Part shown: piece by piece, positions 56,580 through 64,000 of the stretch | Layout of the letters: every line of letters starts with the position of its first letter | Numbering within the stretch: position 1 is the first letter of the stretch | Assembly (NCBI GenBank): GCA_965214935.1 | Contig: CBDCCS010000020.1 | Span: 1-64,000, forward strand | DNA from: Candidatus Velthaea sp. | Lineage (GTDB): Bacteria > Vulcanimicrobiota > Vulcanimicrobiia > Vulcanimicrobiales > Vulcanimicrobiaceae | DNA length: 64,000 nt | Direction of reading: 5' to 3' | Position numbers and translations under genes: made by a program | The notes under the pieces: generated by a model | Database searches by the model: none | Told to the model about the DNA's origin: nothing | The model's input: the letters and a program-made list of their open reading frames with translations, nothing else

Positions 56580-59500
56580 CTACGACCCCGGCAACACCGG
56601 ATGATGGTCCGGAAACGCCGGCCGGCGATACGTTGGAATCGGATGCTCGCGTAGCGATGTAAGGGCTGATGCAATCGCGGCTTCGAGCTGCGGATCGCGC
56701 CCTGCGCGTACCAGTTGCGGGTTCTGCCAGACCTCGAGATCGGGCGGAATGCCGGCCCCTTCAACCTCCCATTGGCCGTGCAGCCCGCCGATCGCCGCGT
56801 GCGGCGCCGTGACCGACCCACCGTCGATGAGCGTCGGATACCCGCCGATGCCGACCAACCCGCCCCAGGTTCGCACACCGACCAGCGTCCCAAGGCCGGA
56901 TTTGCGAAAGTACCAGGGCAGCGCGTCGCCACCCGAACCGGCGAACTGATTGACGATCATGACTTTAGGGCCATAGATGGCTAACGGCGGATCGACGATC
57001 ATGCGGCCTTCGCGTGAAGCGATGATCGACATCGGTTTGCGCTTGAGATAGTCGATAATATAATCGGCGATCTGGCCACCGTGGTTGAAGCGTTCGTCCA
57101 GGATCACGCCCTGCTTGCCGACTTGCGCAAAGAAATAACGGTTGAAGTTCGTGAAGCCGTTATATTCGGTATCCGGCAGGTATACGTACGCGAGCTTGCC
57201 GCCGCTGCGGCGATCCACTTCGCGCCGGTTGTTCTCGATCCAATCTAAATTGCGCAGCCGAAATTCATTTGCGACCGGAATGACGGTAACCGTGCGCGCA
57301 TCGCTGCCGTCGGCTTTAGAAGCGACGCTGATCGAGGTCTGCTTCAGCGCGGTATTTTCAAAATAACGATACACCTCGTCCTCGGCGCTTACCGCTCGAC
57401 CGTTGACGGCTAGCAGGTAGTCGCCAACGTGCACGTTCGCGCCCGGTTGCGTCAACGGCGCTTGTACGCCTGGATTCCAATTCTCGCCATTGTAGATTTT
57501 GGCAAAACGATATCGTCCGTTCTCGATCCGATAGTCGGCGCCGAGCAGCCCAACGTGCACGGTCGGTAGCGGGACCGCCGACTGCGTACCGCCCGAGACA
57601 AACATATGACCGACCGACAAGTAACTGAGCATTTCACGGAACAAGAACGTCAGGTCGTCGCGCGAGGCAATGCCGGCAAGATATGGCTCGAAGCGGCGCT
57701 CGGCCGCCGCGAGATCCAAGCCGTGATAGTGCGGATCGTAAAAGAAGTCGCGCTCGATGCGCCAGGTTTCGTGGTACATCTGACGCCACTGCGCGGCCGG
57801 GTCGACTTCGACTTGCATATCGGAGATCGGCAGTGGCTTGGCGCTTGCGTCCAGCGGCTTGTCGGCGTCGGCGATCAGCCATTTATCGCCCTGCGCGTAG
57901 AGCGCCTTTTCTCCGTTAGCAGCTAACGCAAAGGCGGTGATTCCGGTTGCCAGCGGCTTGGTCATGCGCGAAGCCAAGTCGAATTTCAGCACCGCGTTGG
58001 GCGGTGGATCCGGACTAACCGACGTTAGCGGCGCCGCCACCAGAAACACTTCGCCGCTCTTACCGGCGAACAAACCGGTATAATTGGCATTCGCAATCGG
58101 CAACGCGACGGTGCGCTGCAGGATACCGTCGAAGTCGATGCGCACGTCCGGCTTTGCACCGTCCGCAGAACTGCCGGCCGGTTTAGCGCCGGCGGAGCCC
58201 TTGGGCGCAGCTGGGCCGGCCTTTGCCGCTTCTTCGTCATCCGTCTGTGGTGCCACGGGCGACACAACGTCGCGTTGCAAGACAGCGGCGTACACATTGC
58301 TACTCGTCGGATGCTGATCGCTAGTCATATCGAGCCCACTCGACGTAAGTCCCGTATTCGTACTCGACGCAAAATAGAGATACTTTCCCGATGCGTCGAA
58401 CGCCGGAAATTGAGCGTCGCTCATGCCGTCGGTTATTTGCCGGCTGTTTGCGGCCGCTACGGAATACACGAAAACCGCGTGCAGAAAACTCGGCAATTCG
58501 TTCGAATACGCCAGCCACCGGCTATCCGGCGACCATGCCGGCTCGAATGCACTTGGAGAAAAGCCGCCGTATACGCCGGCGGCAACTTTCATCGGCGTCG
58601 GGTGGGCGAGGTTGACGTACCATAGATTTAGCCGTTTGTCAGCGTAGGCTATCTTCTTCGAGTCGGGCGACCAGGTGGGACTGTAATAGAAGCTTGGCGG
58701 CGCGCCGAGATTGATGACCCGCGGTGCGGTTAAGCCGCGTTGGTCGCATACGTACAGTTGATACTCGCCGCTGCGATCGGAGAAAAACGCAATTGATTTA
58801 CCGTCGGGCGACCAGGCTGGGTCGCGGTTGGCGGTATTCGGCATATTGCTGACGTTCCGAATGTCGCCGTGTTCGGCCGGTAGCGTAAGAATCGCGCCAT
58901 GTGCTTCGAACACCGCACGCACGCCGCTGGGCGAGAGCGCCGCGTTCTCGATCGACGTCGCGTCGCCGCTGTTCGTATCGCCGTCGCCCGGTGCGCCGAC
59001 TTTTTCCCAGTGCCGTCGCACTTGCGCCATGTCGCCCGCAACCGTTACGTCGACGCGACGGTCGGTCCGGGTGTGCGGATCGTACACGTGCAGCGTATCG
59101 AACCGCGCGTACACGATGGCATCGTCACCGGCCGAGGCCGACGTAATATCAAATCCACGAGCGGGTAATTCGCGCGTGACGCGGCGCGTTTGCGTGTCGT
59201 ATGCGAACAGCGTTACGGGTCCGTCGCGATCGGACAGGAAATAGACCCGCGAGCCGATCCACATCGGGCGGTCGTCGTTCGAGTTATCGCGCGGAACCTT
59301 GACGATACTCGAATCAGCCAGGTTTGCAATATACACGGGCGTGGTTTGGCCACCGCGATAGCCTTGCCAGAACGGCTCCCAGCGAAAGTTCGGTACGTAG
59401 GCGAGGTGCGATGCGTCGGGCGAAAACGACCCGGTTTCGGCCATATCGAGCGGCACGGCCGTCGGAAAACCGCCCGTTACGGAAACGGTGAACAGCGTGT

Positions 59501-59921
59501 TCGGGTCGGTAGCCGTCGTCCGGCTCGACCGAAATAGCACGCGCTTTCCGTCAGGTGTCCAACCGACGGCATAATCGGGCGCCGGATGATAGGTGAGCCG
59601 GCGCGGTTCGCCGCCGGCGGCCGGAACCACGTACACGTCAACGTTGCCGTCATATTTACCGCTAAAGGCGACCATCGATCCATCGGGCGAGAAGATCGGC
59701 CCCGTTCCGAGCGCATAGCCGGTCACCAGCCGATGCGCGGCACCACCGGCACGCGGTACGGTCCAAATGTCGCCGCCGTACGAGAAGGCGATCTGCGTGC
59801 GACTAATGGTTGGTTCGCGCAGTAGCAGCGGCGTCGTTAGCTGCGCTCGGACGCTCGTCGGCGCAGCGAACAGCCAGGTCAAAAGAAAGGCAACGATACA
59901 GAGCCGGGACATCGACGCCAC
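56580..59921 (-). CDS. Tricorn-like S41 protease (beta-propellers, PDZ, S41 domain)
   Basis: PD40-like repeats (FSPDG, WSPD), YRGG, DERFNHGG, AGSGGD, GVRTWGGLVG, DPQLEAAI. Confidence 0.92.
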   Translation of the reverse strand: MASMSRLCIVAFLLTWLFAAPTSVRAQLTTPLLLREPTISRTQIAFSYGGDIWTVPRAGGAAHRLVTGYALGTGPIFSPDGSMVAFSGKYDGNVDVYVVPAAGGEPRRLTYHPAPDYAVGWTPDGKRVLFRSSRTTATDPNTLFTVSVTGGFPTAVPLDMAETGSFSPDASHLAYVPNFRWEPFWQGYRGGQTTPVYIANLADSSIVKVPRDNSNDDRPMWIGSRVYFLSDRDGPVTLFAYDTQTRRVTRELPARGFDITSASAGDDAIVYARFDTLHVYDPHTRTDRRVDVTVAGDMAQVRRHWEKVGAPGDGDTNSGDATSIENAALSPSGVRAVFEAHGAILTLPAEHGDIRNVSNMPNTANRDPAWSPDGKSIAFFSDRSGEYQLYVCDQRGLTAPRVINLGAPPSFYYSPTWSPDSKKIAYADKRLNLWYVNLAHPTPMKVAAGVYGGFSPSAFEPAWSPDSRWLAYSNELPSFLHAVFVYSVAAANSRQITDGMSDAQFPAFDASGKYLYFASSTNTGLTSSGLDMTSDQHPTSSNVYAAVLQRDVVSPVAPQTDDEEAAKAGPAAPKGSAGAKPAGSSADGAKPDVRIDFDGILQRTVALPIANANYTGLFAGKSGEVFLVAAPLTSVSPDPPPNAVLKFDLASRMTKPLATGITAFALAANGEKALYAQGDKWLIADADKPLDASAKPLPISDMQVEVDPAAQWRQMYHETWRIERDFFYDPHYHGLDLAAAERRFEPYLAGIASRDDLTFLFREMLSYLSVGHMFVSGGTQSAVPLPTVHVGLLGADYRIENGRYRFAKIYNGENWNPGVQAPLTQPGANVHVGDYLLAVNGRAVSAEDEVYRYFENTALKQTSISVASKADGSDARTVTVIPVANEFRLRNLDWIENNRREVDRRSGGKLAYVYLPDTEYNGFTNFNRYFFAQVGKQGVILDERFNHGGQIADYIIDYLKRKPMSIIASREGRMIVDPPLAIYGPKVMIVNQFAGSGGDALPWYFRKSGLGTLVGVRTWGGLVGIGGYPTLIDGGSVTAPHAAIGGLHGQWEVEGAGIPPDLEVWQNPQLVRAGRDPQLEAAIASALTSLREHPIPTYRRPAFPDHHPVLPGS

Positions 59922-60030
59922 GTGACTTACCTCCGGCGCGACGCTTTCGTCACCCTAGCGTCGGTTCCGTGCTTTCATACCGTGGCCGATACGAGCGGCA
60001 CGACGCCGAACCGGGACCGTTCGCGTGTGG

Positions 60031-61794
<1,764 letters not shown>

Positions 61795-61836
61795 CTACGC
61801 TTGGGGCGAGCCGCTAAGAAGTTTACGCAGCGCCAT
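61795..61836 (-). CDS. leuA leader peptide MALRKLLSGSPQA
   Basis: 13 codons with 3 Leu (tandem CTT CTT), followed by alternative hairpins and a terminator. Confidence 0.7.
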   Translation of the reverse strand: MALRKLLSGSPQA

Positions 61837-61922
61837 AGCGCCTGCCGGGCCGTTCATACCACGCGAATCTACCACAGGGGACCAAGGCCGTCAAGGCGCT
61901 ATACGCAACCCTTACGGGCACG

Positions 61923-63023
61923 TTACCGCGAGCCGACCGCAAACAGCGGCGTCATCGGCCGGACGGCCGAGTCGGCCGCGTGCCGCAGGTGACCCTCCAA
62001 ACCAAGAGCATCCTCGATACTGCGCAACAGGCTGTAGTGGTCGTACGGCGTCGGGTCGCTTCGGCCGCGCGGACCATGGTTTGTAATGACAATGGTCGGG
62101 ATGTGCCCGCCGCCCGGATTGTGGTCATCCGTCACGCAGCATGCTTGCGGCGCACCCGCAACGCGGTCGCTCTTGCCATCTTCGTCCCAGGTGACGATCA
62201 CCGCGGTGTTGCCGGTCTTCCAGACGGGTGAGGCCGCAATCGCGTCCACGAGCCGTCCAACCATCGCGTCGCCACGCCGGACCAAACCGGCATCGCCCTT
62301 GGCGCAATCGGCGGGCGCCTTGGGCGAATCGATGCCATGCATCTCGTTGCATTGATTGGGCACGATCAGCGTAAAAGCCGGGACGTTTCCGGCCGCGAGG
62401 TCCGTGGACAGCGAATCAAAGCCGACGAGTTCTTTGGCGATATCCGAATCGGCGTGCACGCTGGAAAAATTTGTAAATCCGGTATGCTTGGCGGCATACA
62501 ACGCCGCCGGATCGGTCGCCGACTCGGGCGATACGATCGCAAGCGAACCGGCCGCGGGCAGATTTTCCAAGTACGCTCGCCAAGCCAATCCTTTCGCCGC
62601 CAGCTGCGTCGCGAGATTCGGTCCGGCAATAAGGTGCGCCGGGTACATTGGAGCAGCGGAACCCTTGCAAAACGGGCGATCCGAACCCGCTACGCAATAC
62701 CACGCGTCGTCGTCATGAATGCCGAACGTGTCACCACCCAGCAGCGCGACGTAATTGGCCTCGCTCGGATGGACTTCGGCATACATCTGTGTCGCTACAC
62801 CATACGTCGCCGCGAACGCGCTGATCCGGGGCGCATAACCGCGGTCGAGCACCGTCGCATAGCCCTTATTTTCTTCAACGATGACAAAAATGTGGTCGTA
62901 CTTGGGCATCGTTCCCGCGCCATCATCCGCTGTCGCGGCTTGGCCGTGCGCAGCGACGACAAACACCAAGGCTAACGCCCAGGCGACAACACCACGCATC
63001 GCCCGATTGAAGACCGCTTGCAT
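61923..63023 (-). CDS. Secreted phosphoesterase family protein
   Basis: YDHIFVIVEEN, HPSEANY, PNQCNEMH, VTWDED, YDHYSLLRSIED. Confidence 0.85.
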   Translation of the reverse strand: MQAVFNRAMRGVVAWALALVFVVAAHGQAATADDGAGTMPKYDHIFVIVEENKGYATVLDRGYAPRISAFAATYGVATQMYAEVHPSEANYVALLGGDTFGIHDDDAWYCVAGSDRPFCKGSAAPMYPAHLIAGPNLATQLAAKGLAWRAYLENLPAAGSLAIVSPESATDPAALYAAKHTGFTNFSSVHADSDIAKELVGFDSLSTDLAAGNVPAFTLIVPNQCNEMHGIDSPKAPADCAKGDAGLVRRGDAMVGRLVDAIAASPVWKTGNTAVIVTWDEDGKSDRVAGAPQACCVTDDHNPGGGHIPTIVITNHGPRGRSDPTPYDHYSLLRSIEDALGLEGHLRHAADSAVRPMTPLFAVGSR

Positions 63024-63024
63024 C

Positions 63025-63942
63025 CTACTGATGCAACGCGAACTGCTGGATGAAGTCCTTGTTCGTACCGCCTTCGTCCGACATCACCGCCCAGACGTTC
63101 TTGGTCTTGGCGTCGAAGGCTAAGGTGTGCATGTGATACTTGCCCGTATACGTGCCGACCATCTTTGGCGCCGCATCGGCGGCTAGGGCGAAGACCGTGA
63201 TTCCCGTGCCGGCCGCGCAAGCCAAGAGGTGCGCCTGCTGATCGAGATCGCATTGATCCACGTGACTCGGCATTGTCGTCTGGAACTGTTTCTTGCCGGT
63301 CGCATCATAGATGCTCAGGACGCCGTTCGCGCCGCCGACGACGATCTGTTTGAAACCGGCGTCATATTGCAGCGGATGGTTGTTCGTCAGTTCGGGCGTG
63401 GCCATCGTCGATCGAACCGTCAGCTTCTGTGCATCGATGGTAGCGACTTCAGACTTGTCGGCGATATTTTGATACAGGTCGTGCGTTTGCGGATCGACCG
63501 CCAGATACTCTGGTTTGTGACCGGGCAGGTTCACCGTCGCAATCTGCTTCATCGATTTGGCATCGATCACGAAAATGCGCGTGCCGTCGTCTTCATCGGC
63601 ATAGATATGCCCGTTGGTTTCATCGTACGCGATCGCGTCGACCGGACCCGCGACCGCGACCGTGCGCAACACTTTGAACGTCGCCGGGTCGCTTTCGGAT
63701 ACCGACTTATCGTCGCCGTTACCGGTGTACACTTTCGAGCCGTCGGTGGTGTAGGCAACGCCGTGCATCGGCCCGACCTTGATTTGATTGAGCACGCTGC
63801 CCGTGTCGGCGTCAACGACGAGCAGAGCGCGCGCGCCGGTGTGGGCGGCATACACACGGCGATGCGTCGCATCGACCGTAACATAATCGAAGCCGCCGCT
63901 CATCGGCACAGGGACGGGCGGCGCTACGGGAATCAGTGTCAT
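63025..63942 (-). CDS. YncE-like beta-propeller protein
   Basis: GGFDY..D...RRVY; repeated YD/ID strands. Confidence 0.7.
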   Translation of the reverse strand: MTLIPVAPPVPVPMSGGFDYVTVDATHRRVYAAHTGARALLVVDADTGSVLNQIKVGPMHGVAYTTDGSKVYTGNGDDKSVSESDPATFKVLRTVAVAGPVDAIAYDETNGHIYADEDDGTRIFVIDAKSMKQIATVNLPGHKPEYLAVDPQTHDLYQNIADKSEVATIDAQKLTVRSTMATPELTNNHPLQYDAGFKQIVVGGANGVLSIYDATGKKQFQTTMPSHVDQCDLDQQAHLLACAAGTGITVFALAADAAPKMVGTYTGKYHMHTLAFDAKTKNVWAVMSDEGGTNKDFIQQFALHQ

Positions 63943-64000
63943 AACGTGCCGATTCTAACGCGCCTCAATGAATCGCAGATGAATGCCGCGTACCGCACGC

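Overview
This is a GC-rich bacterial window in three parts. (1) 1-7.5 kb holds ordinary genes: two sugar ABC permeases, an M1 aminopeptidase, fdhD-moeA and an AAC(6')-like acetyltransferase. (2) About 7.5-40.5 kb is a decaying accessory/defence region ending at a tRNA-Thr(CGT). A 48-bp duplicate of the tRNA 3' half at 24850 defines a ~15.6-kb integrated island. That island carries a truncated tyrosine integrase, a SIR2 + P-loop NTPase protein, a wHTH + SRA-like + PD-(D/E)XK nuclease, a DUF900 hydrolase, an HNH-like secreted protein, an AbiEii-like remnant and IS21/IS1380/IS3/IS66 elements. Left of it lies a second, probably older accessory block with VapBC, MazEF, a SNF2+SWIM pair, JetD-, Lhr- and BrxD-like remnants, and a three-level nest: an IS3 inside a class-D-like group II intron inside another IS3-family element. 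(3) 40.7-64 kb has an intact aromatic catabolic cluster (aryl-alcohol dehydrogenase, aldehyde dehydrogenase, pobA, ligKUJIABC, GntR, ABC importer), a tricorn protease, leuA with a leader-peptide attenuator, a phosphoesterase and a beta-propeller. All calls come from reading motifs by eye; no database searches were run. Several single-base frameshifts could be assembly errors rather than real pseudogenes.
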